This document shows, in pieces, positions 45,463-60,828 of a stretch of DNA of 64,000 nt. The notes under the pieces were generated by a model that did not search any database, was not told the DNA's origin, and saw nothing but the letters and a program-made list of their open reading frames with translations. Both the position numbers and the translations under genes were made by a program. The stretch is from Eledone cirrhosa (taxonomy: Eukaryota), in the NCBI GenBank assembly GCA_964016885.1, contig OZ024742.1, positions 352,532,001 through 352,596,000 of the forward strand. The letters run 5' to 3'. Every line of letters starts with the position of its first letter. Position 1 is the stretch's first letter.

Positions 45463-47062
45463 CATAAATATATATATATATATGTATATATATATAGATA
45501 GATAGATATACATATATATAGATAGATAGATATACATATATATATATACACATATATATATATATATGCGTGTGTGTATATATATATACACACATACGCA
45601 CACACACATACCCGCCCACATACATACACATATATATAATATAGAAATGGATTCTACAGGACTAGAACTGTTTCATTCGGGAGGAACCATCAGAATGCCG
45701 ATTGCCAATGTAATATCGTGGTATTTGTACATTATCCGGTGGTAGGAGAGGGAGGTGATTGGGGGGAGTGGAGGTAATTGGTTGATGGATTTACAGAAAT
45801 AGGATTCTTTAAAAGTATATTTAGCGAAAAATAATGATACAAAGGCTGAAGAAAATTCACGCCAAGTACCTATAGACAAACATCAACACACTGAGAGATA
45901 CTCCTAATTTTTAAAGTTCATTTATTCCAAGTAAACAATGGGTATTCACTGGTGAGGTTTGCTCTTTAGATGTTACTCTAGATTTAGATAATTCCCTCTA
46001 TTACCCATACCAAAATCCTAACGAATCCCTTAGATACATAGATGTTAGTTATAACCACCTGCAAAATATCACAGATAATTTAGTTAAAAACGTTTCAATA
46101 AGAATTTCCGGACTCTCAGCCAATTAATACATCTTTAGTGCCTCTGCCCCATACTACAACGACGCTCTTTCCCGCGTTGGCTTTAAAGAAAGGATTACTT
46201 ATCTAGAAAACACTCCACGAATACCTAGGAGAAATAGGCATAGGCAGATTAGTTGGTAACCATCCCCCATTCAACCGAGAGGTTTCTACACCAGTAGCTA
46301 GGACTTTCTTGAAATTGCTGAATATACACTTGCCCACAAACCTAGGCAGTACGTTATCTTTAATAAGAATATGATAAGAGTCTCCTACTCCACTACACCT
46401 AACTTAGCTAGGAATGTAGCCAATCTCAACACTGCTAAATTAAATAAGCCGAAACCCATCCCTGGAAGGGAGCATTGTGCAGCTGCCAAAATAACGAATC
46501 TTGCCCACTCCAAAATAAATGCCTGATAAACGAAGTCATTTATTAACGTAATATCGTCTAGACATTGATGATAACAACAAAAAGACATATAACGGAATTA
46601 CTTCCAACCATTGTAAGACCCGGTTGTATGCCCATACCCACACTTTCAGACGACTGGCCAAATCAAATCAGACAACACTCGCCTCCTCTGTATGGGCCCT
46701 CAAGAGTAACTCCACCCCTTTCACGCTCAAATGGAAATTACTCCCGAGAGCGCGCTCATATATGAGAGGACACAAGTGTTGTGACCTTTGTATTTCAGAG
46801 AGCTATCATATACTATTTGCCAAGAGCCCGACACTGAACAAACTCTCTGAACACTGCTCCAATTGCATGCACACAATCTTAGCAGCATACAAATATTTCA
46901 AACCAGTCTTACCACCAGAACGATTGTTTAAAAAAAAATCGCCACTCGACAAAATATCACATCGCTCTTCAACCCGTGCCCTCTTTTTACCTACTTACCT
47001 TTTTTACATGTATAACGTGCTTGTATTGTGTGACTGTATATATGTGTATTTGTATATATATA

Positions 47063-47121
<59 letters not shown>

Positions 47122-47131
<10 letters not shown>

Positions 47132-47535
47132 CGTAAAATAAGAAAATTATAAAAATTAACTTACTTACTAGAATTTCACTCCAACTAATTAGTTTCTGAA
47201 AGGGACTAAACGTACTTTCCGAAGAAACGTACGGAGAAGCCTTTCGTCATCAGGGAAGTCTATTCTCAGCTAAGTTTCCAGGCAATACGTGGACACAGGG
47301 ACTTATACAAAACTAATTTGCTTTTTTCCATCCACTGAATTATTTTTGTATAAGTTCCCTGTGTCCACGTATTGCCTGGAAACTTAGCTGAGAATAGACT
47401 TCCCTGATGACGAAAGGCTTCTCCGTACGTTTCTTCGGAAACTACGTTTATTCCCTTTCAGAAACTAATTAGTTGGAGTGAAATTTTAGTAAGAAAGTTA
47501 ATTTTTATAATTTTCTTATTTTACGTCTCTCATAT
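47122..47535. repeat. Fold-back element with ~197-bp arms, each carrying an HHR
   Basis: 47122-47318 vs 47338-47535, near-perfect inverted repeat with a 19-nt loop. Confidence 0.9.
47391..47487 (+). ncRNA. Type I hammerhead with extended stem II capped by cUUCGg
   Basis: acttcc CTGATGA c-gaaagg..cgtacgtttc-ttcg-gaaa.tacg..cctttc-a GAAAC taatta GTT ggagt; palindromic stem III ACTAATTAGT. Confidence 0.75.
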
Positions 47536-47649
47536 TATTGTTCTGCATCTCCATGCATTGAACCACAAAGTTACTAAGACAAAACCTATATATTTGGTGG
47601 CATAGGTATGCATCGGTATATATATGTTAGTAAATATACTAATTCTTTA

Positions 47650-47699
<50 letters not shown>

Positions 47700-47701
<2 letters not shown>

Positions 47702-48745
47702 GTATAGGATTATCCAAGATGTAGTAATGGTTAATTACTACACTGGATATGGTTGACGTACGGTAAGAGGTTACTCTACGAGTTATGGAAGAATTGTTCA
47801 AGAAACTTAGATCCTGATCCTTCAGTATTCCGGAGTGTATATAAAGAATGAATATTAACAGGTAGACATCATAAAAAGGTAATTTATTCCGTGTGCTTAC
47901 AAGTGTTTCCACGGTGGTACTGCAGCCTAGTTACGCTACGTGCAAATTCACAAGTACTTCCAGAACTCGAATATCCAATGGTGTGACCACTGTTTCCTCA
48001 GAGCAGAATGGTAAATATACAATGTAAATACCCTTAAGTGGGGTTGTTGGGGAAGATAGAGTAGAACAGGAAGAGAGAAAAGTAGGGAAGAGGGAGAGAG
48101 AAAGAAAGATATGCAGGGGTTGGAGAAGTAGGAGAGAGTGGCTTGTAGATATCTTAATCAAAATGTTATGGTAGGGGTTTTATTATACTGGTTACTTTTG
48201 GAGAGATGCGTTGATAGTTAAGGTCGGAATTATTTATTGCCCCAGAGGGCAGGTTCATAGATGTTGAGAGGGAGGTAGGTCAAAGCTGAGAGAGAGAGAG
48301 TGTAATGGATGTAGAGAGAGATAGGTAGAGAAGGGAGAGACAAAGTATGTGTGGTGAGTGAACTTTGGGTTTGTAGTAGTAATCTAGGAATTGCACTGAG
48401 TTACCATGTATAGTGATAAGCAGTGTATTGTCTTGTAGTGTGGGGGGAAGAAAAGATTGTTAGCTAGAAAGTGGTGTTATAGTTACGGGTTCGAATGTTA
48501 AGTTATTTTATAGTGAGAAAATTTAGCTTTTAGTTTGTGGTTGCAGTATAATGATCGTTCAATTCTATCATTAAGTAGTTTGTTTTTGGATTTTAATATG
48601 TAAAATAGCTCAAGGTTACATAACCTGCAGTACTTCAATCCACTCCGATATGCACTTGCGCTGGAAAGTATATCCCATTTTAAGGTGAACTGTTGGTTGT
48701 GTTCACGGAGTTGCCAAATCTTGTTGGCGAGCGTGGTCACAAAAC
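47700..48745 (-). mobile_element. Inverted 3' segment of PLE family C plus ~140-nt extension
   Basis: 47839-48745 is the reverse complement of ~49958-50864; HHR at ~47887-48013. Confidence 0.9.
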
Positions 48746-48764
48746 GTGGTCACAAAACGTGGTC

Positions 48765-50967
<2,203 letters not shown>

Positions 50968-51796
50968 ATATGTGTGTGTGTGTGTGCGTATATGTGTATG
51001 TATGTGGGTGCGCGTATGTATATGTATGTATATATATATATATATATGTTTATATATATATACATATGCATGTATATATGTATGTATGTGTGTGTGTATG
51101 CGTATGTGTATATATATATATATATATATATGAATGTGTGTGTGTGTGTGCTTTTTTGTGGTTTTGGGTTTGTGGGTGTGATTGTAGACACCTAACCATT
51201 TTTGCAGACCACACCAATGCATACCAATTGTTGCCTGGAATAAATTAACCTTACAAATCACGAGTTTCTCTAAGTGTGTTAGTGTTTCTCTCTAGCTTCT
51301 TCGCGTGAATATCTTTCTGCCTCTGTATTTCTCTAAATATAGTTTTTAAAGAATCCCTTTTCTTTAAACCAATCAACCATTTATTTCCACCCATCCCAAT
51401 CATCACCCTATCCTACCACCAGAAAAAAGTATAAATACCACCATATTACATTGACAATCATCTTCCCTATGATTTCTCCCGAATGAAACAGTTGTAGCCC
51501 TGTAGAAGCCATTTCTATATTGAAATATTTTTAAATTGTTTAATTAACACATGTCTCTAAAACGATGTTCATCAAATTATTCGAATAAGTTTAAGTGGTA
51601 ATTCTCATAATGAAGATCTATACATCCTGAATGATATTGAGATAATTGCACCTCTCTAATTTTAGAGGATCAGAAGAGAACATCTTAAAATGAAGCAAAC
51701 GATCTACAACATATAATTCAAATCTCACACAGGATGGGTGACACATCATCTCAATGCAATGGCATAGTAAATGGCTAAAGCCTTGCCTTACATACA

Positions 51797-51854
<58 letters not shown>

Positions 51855-52055
51855 TTATCCTAAGGAGAAAAGACAAGACAGCGAACGAAATCAAGGCAAA
51901 ACGAAAGGCAATTTTTTTAAACGGAACATTAAAAACAATATTATTTGAAAAGAATATTTAAAATAAAAAATAAATTCAATCGAAAGTCACACGTCTCCAG
52001 CATTACCAGCCGTCAAGCTGGGCATTTGCAGTTTCGCACCCTACCAACTGAGAAA

Positions 52056-52123
<68 letters not shown>

Positions 52124-53254
52124 ATGGGTGTTAACAATAAATATCCAAAGCTCAAATATGTTGTTGGACCTATGCAATAGCATAATGACAGAGAAATAAA
52201 CCTGAAACATATTTCGAGTAGAGAGAGCAACGTCTGTTACGGAGTAAAAGCAGATGTAGTGTCGAAAACAAAACATAATTATTGCTAATATGAATTGTAG
52301 AAGAAATTTAATAGCCTAAAGTAAAGTTTTAATTTCATATAAATACCTGAGATACAGGAAGGGACATCAGTTTTTCTTTCTTCAAGAAGTAAATAAAACC
52401 AATATGAACAATTCGATCCAAAGTGAGATATGTGAAATTCGGAAAATAGGAAATAATCTATATATAGATTACTAAAAACTAAACAAGGTTCAGTGTTACG
52501 TAGTGGCTTGCAAACATAATGTCAGGAGGAGACCGAACGTGAACATCATCTGATATAATGTAACGAAGGTAAGCAGAATGCAATGAGTTCTTGCAATAAT
52601 TGCTGTAAACCATATGACGAACTGAAATTTGCTATAGACACAACATCATTGCATACACAAGGGAGATAACTAGTGACATTTTTTTGAAATACAGTACATG
52701 TCATAACCTGCGGATATTTGATGGAATCAGAAGATAACGTTGTACAAATTATCTATGGCTGTCAATATTAGCCAACGGAGAATATATCTAGAGGAATATC
52801 CAATACCTTATCCTTAGTGGTTTAGTCAGTATTATGAAAAAATAAAATCTATTAACATAAGAAGCAGTGAATTCTAAATATGTAAAAGCTGGAAGATGCC
52901 AGCTCTGACAGGAAATGTAGGCTAACCAACGAGATATTGTTTTCTATAGACAGAAAGAAGTATAATGTTTCCTAATTGATAGATGACATCAGAAATGGAA
53001 TCAAAATATTGCTAAAATTGTGGATAGACTCTAAATATAGATATACAGAGATGGAATAATCCTGAATGTGGATGATTAATGTAGAAAGAATCCTTATAAT
53101 ATTAGATGCTGAATGATGAAAAACATCAGACAGATGCATAATGAAAACTCCAGACTTTACACATATAAACCATAACGGTATCTTATTCAGTAGTTATACC
53201 AACAATTTTGGGAGACTAATAAGGATAATAATTGTTTTCATTCTGTAAGGTGGT

Positions 53255-53725
53255 TTCTCTAACAAACGCTGACTAGTGGCGTTTTGCGGCCTTAGAGCAG
53301 ACCCTGATATCAGTCACTCAATATATTGCGTAAGATCCTGCCAGTGCTGTTGATAGTAGAAATCTGGACAAGTGTATGAAGTCGCGTATCCCAAATCTTT
53401 TGATGAATGACGTTTAGAGACCGTGCCTTGACTCGCGCAAGAATCACCGATAGTCAAGCCCTCTGTCTCCACGTGGTTGTCAGTTTTAATAACGCATGCC
53501 AGCTCTGCATAATTATTGATACTTTTCATTTCCTTATCCATCACATTGTCGTCTTGAGGGATTGCAATGTCTGTTATAGTCCATTTTGGGAGTTTGTTAG
53601 TTTTTACAGCAATATCAGGGCATTTGTGTTTGATGTCTTGATCTACAGGTCCCAGCATAAATGTCCTTCCTCCCCTGAAAATATACGATTGAAGAGGAGT
53701 ATGTTCGAACCACCGGCATGGCATT
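53255..53725 (-). pseudogene. R4/Dong-like non-LTR element, restriction-like endonuclease C-terminus
   Basis: WFEHTP..IKHKCPDIAV..ITDIAIPQDDNV..KE...Y.ELA; terminal TGRILRNIL. Confidence 0.75.
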
Positions 53726-53727
53726 CG

Positions 53728-54267
53728 ATCCCGCTATCAGCTGAGTCCATCGTGAGGATTGCCCCGCCGTCTTCCCTTAGCCTGGAAGAGCAGGCAGTTT
53801 TTTATGAGTCTGGAGGCCATGGTGAAAGAGATCTTGTGATGGACGCGTTTGAAAGGGTTCAAGAGGGGTACATTCCTATTCGGTAGTGCCCTGATTAACT
53901 TTTTCGAATTTCATTTGTACAGGAAAATCATGGTGGAGAGGGACGTGCACTCTTCCCAGCATTTTGCATCTGCTCAGAGTATGCGCCTGTAAATTGAATG
54001 TGGAAACCTAGCAGAGGGCACTTGGCCTGGTGGGCAGGGTAACCATGGCTTTTTTTAATGGGATTTTTCCCGAGTGTCCCTCGGAAGTCTCCCCCCCCCC
54101 TATTGGGGAATTTTACTTTGTTTCTTTTTTGTAATTTTCTTTGTTTTTTCTTTACACGCAGAAATGCCCATTTGTACCGTCCTGTACCGTCCTATTCTGT
54201 CCTTAATGTTATATTTATGTCAACCATCGTGGTTAATAAAGAAAATATGATGATTATTATTATTATT
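53728..54267 (+). mobile_element. Tx1/L1 LINE 3' fragment with AATAAA and (ATT)n tail
   Basis: LSAESIVRIAPPSS..EEQAVF..TRLKG homologous to 60175-60420; gtaccgtcct repeat in the 3'UTR. Confidence 0.8.
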
Positions 54268-54777
54268 GGTGTGATCGGTCGTCTTTTTGCTCGCTCCTGT
54301 AATTCTCTTTATCTACCTGTCATGAAAGATTTATTGTAAATTTGTGTTGTGTAAATGACATAATTCCCTGGACTTTGCCATGAGAAGGGGAAAGTATAAT
54401 ATTTGGGCCTTTTGGCCCAATTATTTGAACATTTTACTTTTAAAAATTATTTAAAAAAAAAAAACATGGCTTAACGACACCCAACAGTAATATATCTGTA
54501 ACGTTAACAAAGACGGCAATGACAACAACACTAAGAACACTAATTTTGACTAAAATGACCACACCAACTACAACAGTAACAGCGCCCACAAAAATACAGA
54601 CAACAGAAAAACCGACAACAAATGCAACAATGATATTAACACCACTGACAAGGAACTAGATAGCGACAATACCAATAGCAACAATACAATTTGCACCGAG
54701 AACAACAACAACGTCGCCACCAAAATACAACCAACTGCAACAGTGATAAGAACAACACCAACAACACCGTTATTATT
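54268..54777 (+). mobile_element. 5' fragment (5'UTR + Thr-rich ORF1 start) of a Tx1-like element
   Basis: Starts GG after (ATT)n; gggcc-tttt-ggccc hairpin, A-tract and ATG arranged as in 60829-61044. Confidence 0.5.
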
Positions 54778-57700
54778 GAAGGTGAAGCCACGCTTCTTAT
54801 TGCCTCCAGTTTTTTTTTCAACAGTTTACCTCATTTTCAACCGTTCTAAACCTCTTATTCAAGTTTTAAACTTGTTAAAAGTTTAGACTAAAGTGACCCA
54901 CCTAATACAGGAGTTCACTCGTACATAATATGGAACGCCTTTACGGGGTGTCGTATTATGTAAATATATTATTTGAAAAAAAAAAAAAATCTTTCAACAG
55001 AAGAAAGAGAGGGAGCGCTGTCAGACAACACAGAGATGGGGAGACTTTGTCAACATATCAACAAGACAGCGTTCTAGCGAAGGTAAATATAAAAGAAAAT
55101 ATTACGAAGGAAAAGAGGAACAATAGCATTTTTAATGATATTGTTACAGATTTAAAATTACCAAATATTTCTAACACAAACAACAACAAAAATAGCTCCA
55201 GCGACAACACCATAAATAACAACAGCAACAACCAAAATAAGAGCAGTAAAGTCGAGAACGACAATAACAATTACAATAATAACAGCCACAACAACAACAA
55301 TAACAGTAACAGTATCAACACAAACAACAATAATAACAAAAGCCACAATAACAGTAACAACCGAAACAGTATCAACGAAAACAATAACAACAACAGCAAC
55401 ACCAGTACCAACGAAAATATCAATAATGAGATCGATACCTGTAACAGCGATCTCAGCACCACCAACAAGACCAGTATTGGCAGCAATAGTGGTGCCGCTG
55501 AAAAATGGACCAATTATTTTGCAGGTGTCGGCTGAAATATCGAAAGAGAGTTAGTCACAGAGGAGGAGATGGCAGTCGCAAGGGCCATGGTGACAAGAAG
55601 CTCTAATAGAGTCTCCCTGGACACCCCACCCGATTTTATTCAAGGACCAGCAGCTACGGACGGTCGGTGACTTACCGCACCGTAAGCAAAATGTCACATC
55701 GGGTGGAGAGAGCCACAAAGGCTCAAATCCAAAAGGCCTTGGGGTGCGTCTGGGCGCCCAAAACCCACATCACCCGAGGCAGTAAGTACGCCACAGCAGA
55801 CGTAATTTTCGCCACCCCCCAGGAAGCGAAGTCTCATACTTTGGAAAACCTAAAGAGTGAGGAGATATTCTTGGTGCCCTCCTACTGCGGGCAGAAAATT
55901 GTGAGGGTCAAAGTGAATCAGGCCCCACCCAACGTGCCCAACCTTGGCTGGCCCCGTCTGTCCTTGCTGGAATCGAGGACAGGAGGACCAAGTTGCAAAT
56001 AGAGAAAATAGGGAGAGAGAATTGGTCAGCTATAGGCATGCAAATGCTTATACAAACTGACCAGGATATCCCGGATATCATAGACCTCGAGGAAGGACTC
56101 CAAATACCTGTAAGTGTGGAAGGCTGACGACCAAAATGTTATCTCTGTGAGTCAAAAGGTCACCTCAGGGTCTTTTGCCAGCAGAAGACAGCGAAGACAA
56201 ATGCCCCTCTCCTTCCAATACCTGGTCCACTGCTACCAAGAGCAGGGCAGGCAACAAACGCAGAAGCCCCTTCCACGGTGAGTAGGAGGGAAACTTACGT
56301 GGCATCCGTACCAAGGCCACGGACAACTAAAGCAGCAGCATCAGTGGCGACAAGACCAGTAGCTACATTTGCAGTGGCTGCAGGAGCAATACAATTCCCG
56401 GAGAGGGCTCAATTAACACCACCAACAGCCGTAGAGCACACACCCCTCCCATATACCACGGACTCCGACATGGAGTCTGGGGCGGGAGTGAAGTGGCAAA
56501 CGCTCTGCCACAAAAGAACAAAGAAAGGAAAAAAAACCCTTAGCTTCACCCTCCAAAAGCGAAGGAACACAAAGAGGGGTAAAGGCTGCAAGGAGACTTG
56601 CAGCAACACCACCACCATCACCACAGCCAACAACAACCACTCCACCACCAGCAACACCAAAAACACCAACAACGCAATCACAATAAAACACAGACACCCA
56701 AAAGCAACAAGAAGAAAACAGCAACAAAATCACCCCTACCCACAAAAAGCACACAACCATAAACATGGCAAATAAAGAACTCATACAATATATAAAGCAG
56801 CACATAGACATCACAAACTAACTACAAAACCCCACCAACACCAAGAACTCTCCAGACAAACATAGCCATCATTGATATGAAAATAGAACAGTACAAACTT
56901 TTAAAACAAAAAAATCTCCAACGCAGTTGGAGACTTCAGAGTGTCGGTTGCAAAAAAGATATACACTTACATCCTCTTGGTAACACCCATGACAGGCAAA
57001 ATGGACTGTTCTACTGTCCCTTCCACATACGATCAAGGTAAGTGACCCTTTCTCACTTGCCCCGTTTCTCATCCAACATGGCTGTACTTAGAATAGGCAG
57101 TATAAATGCACGTGGCCCACGGTCATCTTGGAAGCAGGTTCACCTGCTCAACGAACTATGGTCACTAAACATAGATGTGGTGGCTATCAGTGAGACCAGA
57201 ATCTCCGAAGACGAGCCTTAGCACCGATCTTCGGCGGCTACGATGTATACGCATCTCCCAGCCGTACAGGATCGGGGGGAGGGGTTGCCGTCCTTTTTCG
57301 GAGAGGCTTGGATCTCGCCATACGGGCGATTTCCTGGACCCAGAAAGTAAGTCGGTGTTGCTGTACGGGACCGGCAGCGAAGGAAATGCTTTCAGGCTAG
57401 TAGCCCTCTACGCCCCAACTGGGGCAGGACCCCCAGATTCCTTCACTAGTCTAGAGACCTTTATTGGAACGTCCAGCTCTTTAGTATTAGTGGTCGACTG
57501 GAACGGTATCTTGGATGTACGCTGGGATTGTGTGGGGCTAGTGCATAAGGGAGGAGGGTGCAAGAGCCTAACCAACCTGCCCAGATGTTTTTAACTGTCT
57601 GACAGGTATCGACAGGATCACCCGAATGTGCCAATTTGGACATGGACAAACCGCATCGGGTCATCCATATCGTATTTCGATAGGGTATTTGCAGAGAACT

Positions 57701-60700
57701 AGATAAGGCTGGTATAAGTTTTCCAAAATGTAAAATGATCGACTACACAGACCACAAATGTGTGATCTGTGAGATCGACATAGACAGACTTCATAGAAAA
57801 GGACCCGGTTACTGGAAGCTGAACGCGTCTTTCCCGGCGGGTAAGCCAACAGAGACCAGATTAACGTGTTAGTTAAGTGTGCGTTGACGGGAGCGGCCGT
57901 CAACAACAGGTGGTGGTTCGTCCTGAAAAGAGCAATTAAAGTAGAGTCGATTAGGTTTAGCAAAAGAAAAGTGATAGAGGAATATAGAGTAGAAAGAGAG
58001 CTAGTCAGAAAGCTAGAAGAGGCGTTTAGGGCAGGCATCGCAACCGACGTGCTTGCAGCGAGATTGGCACTCGACCAATTCTTCAACGCAAAACACGAGG
58101 GCTGCGTTTTCAGAGTTAGAGCGCGTGCTCTGAAACACCGGGGGACAAAAGCCGTCCAATGGGCCCGGGTGGCAGAGGCGCGACGTGGCAACAAAGCCAC
58201 AATTCGGTATTTGACTGACCAAAACGGGTGCGCGATGCTCGAACCCGAGCGGATGTGTGAAGCTTCTCAGCAGCCTTTGCTGAACTGTTCGAGAGCAGAT
58301 GCGGCCCGGATCAGGGCATGGATTTCATGGACTGCCTCGGCTCTCGACGACCGCAGCACAGTGTTGCGAAAAGCCAATAACAGCCTGTGAAATACGGGAA
58401 GCGATGGCTAACTGCACGATGGGTAAATCGCCAGGTTTGGATGGTCTGCCCTACGAGCTTTATGCATTTATGCTAGACTTGTTCGGTGACCTCTTGGCAG
58501 ACTTCTACTGAAACTGGCAGCAGAACGGGAGCATTCCCAGTTTTGTGAGCCGGGGAGCATTGGCGCTGCTGAGAAAAGACCCGACCAAGGTGGATGTTAT
58601 CGATAATTTCAGGCCCATAACCCTGCTAAACGAAGAGTTCAAGATTTTGTCCAAGGTGTTGGCAACGAGGTTGGCGCTTGTCTTCAAAGCTCTGGTGGGA
58701 GAGGCGCAGACATGCGTCATTCCGGTCAGATCCATAGACGACAACCTCCACCTCATGCGATACATCATAGAGAAGGTGGTTAAGGAACTTGGCACGGGTG
58801 GGGCCCTGATCAACTTGGATCAATCCAAAGCATTTGATAGGGTCGACCATCGGTACCTGGCGGCGGTCCCTGAGGCGGCCGGTTTCGGGCCGTATTCAGG
58901 GGTTGGATCGAAGCAATGTACAGCGACATCTGCTCAGTTGTGAGGGTGAAAAGTCACCTGTCGCAGCCGTTCAGCATCATTGTCTCAGTCCGACACGGTT
59001 GTCCCCTCTCGTCGCTCTTGTACTTATTGGCTCTCGAGCCATTACTGCACAAACTGGGGGCGATGAGGGGCGTCCCACGCGAACTAGGATGCGCGAAATC
59101 CGAGTCGGCTTCGGCCGACGGCATCAGCGTAGTTGTGTGGAGCACCAGACATGTCCAGGTGCTCGGCACCGCTCTCAAGGAATACGAAGCGGTGACAAGT
59201 GCAAATATAAACCATGAAAAGTCGGTGGGCCTGCAGCTCGGCACCTGCAGAGGCAAGTCCATGCCGTCCGACAGCGACGTGGGGCGTTGGACGAACGGAC
59301 CGGGTAAATTGCTCGGGGTCTGGTTCGGACCGGACCTCGAGATGGATAAAAACTGGAACGAGGTAACGAGCAGGGTGGCCTCCCTCACCCAGAAATGAGC
59401 CGAGAGGAAGCTGTCCCTGAAAGGCCGGGCGGAGATGGCAAATGAGTACATCACATCCGTCATCTGCTACCGCCTCACCGTCGTCCTTTGCTCTAGCCCA
59501 ACTCTCACCAAAATGGAGAGCCTTCCCTTCCGCTTTTTGTGGAAGGGACGCGCTTCCATGGTCAGACGATCCATCTGCTGTCAACACCCGTTGCGTGGAG
59601 GACTGGGCATGCCATAGCTGATGATGCGCAAACATGCGCTGAGGCTGCGACATCTCTGCTGCTTCCTCGACGGTGAACAGGTGTGGTCGCCGTTCGCCAG
59701 GCACGTTTTCCCACAGATAATCTCCTTGACGGAGCTGCAGTCATGGGTCAGAAAAAGACCGAGGTATAGCGCCTGGAAACTGGAATGTCTCCAGGCGCTC
59801 ACTGCCCTCTGACAGCTGGGCACCAGTATCGGTGGAACATCCACCTCAGCGTTCTATAGAGGCCAAGTGGAGGGGAAGATGACGACATTCACGGAGAGAT
59901 CCTGCGCGTCGAAGAAGATCATCTGTCTGCTCTGTTCCATAAACTTTCAGCCCAGGGCCTATGGATCACTTCCAAAAATCCCTGGCCTGGCAGTGCTACC
60001 GGGGTGCGCTGCCGGTTCGAGATAATCTCTACAGGCACGGAAATGCCTAAGCCGAGCCTGTCCGAGATGCGCGCAGAGCGACGAAACGGTAGTGCACGCA
60101 CTCGTTCAGTGCCCGAGCATTGCTGACTTGTGGAGCTATGTCGAAGAGTTGCTGACGCGTGTAGGACTGATCCGGTTATCGACTGACTCCATTGTGTAGA
60201 TGGTCTCGCCGTCTTCCTTCGAGGAGGAAGGGCAGGCGGTTTTCATCTGCCTAGAGGCCATGTCGAAAGAGATTGTGTGGTGGACAAGGTTAAAAGGGTT
60301 AAAGAGAGACACTTTCCTCTTCGGTCAATCCCTAATTATCTTTTTCAAGTTTCACTTGAAGAGGAAAATCAGGGTGGAGAGGCAAGTGCTGCCTTCTAGC
60401 AAGTTTGTTGAAAGGAGGGTGAATGTAGCGAGAATGGTCCGAGTGAATATACGTCTGTAGTTTGAAAATTGGAAACATTGAGAGAGCGCGCTTGCCCTGG
60501 TGGTCAGTGTGGCCGTGGTCTTTGGTGTAGCTTTCGCCAGAAGTAACCCTCGGAGGTTTCCCCCCTATTGGGGAATGTTTCATTGTTTCAATTTTCATTT
60601 TTATTGTTTATATATATATATATATATGTTTCTACGTCCTTTTTTTTTCTTTTCTTATATAAATAATAAAAATATTTACACGCACAAAACCCACATCGTA

Positions 60701-60828
60701 CCGTCCTGTACCGTCCTGTGCCGTCTGTAATGTTTTTCTTGATGTCAGCCCTTGTGACCTATAAATAAATCATTATTATTATTATTAGTAGTAGTAGTAT
60801 TATTATCATTATTATTATTATTATTATT
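54778..60828 (+). mobile_element. Full-length decayed Tx1/L1 LINE (ORF1 with Asn-rich tract and zinc knuckle; ORF2 APE-RT-zf)
   Basis: CYLCESKGHLRVFC; ORF2 from 57078 LRIGSINARG, GYWKLN, KSPGLDGLP, FRPITLLN, DQSKAFDRV, VRHGCPLS, ADGI; (ATT)n tail. Confidence 0.9.

Noticed and set aside
51980-52060. HHR-like fragments (GAAACtgca; TTGACGG..GAGAC) on the minus strand
   Set aside because: Too many core mismatches and no consistent stems
52330-53240. Very decayed RT-like sequence next to the R4/Dong fragment
   Set aside because: Only hints of motifs; cannot be supported without a profile search
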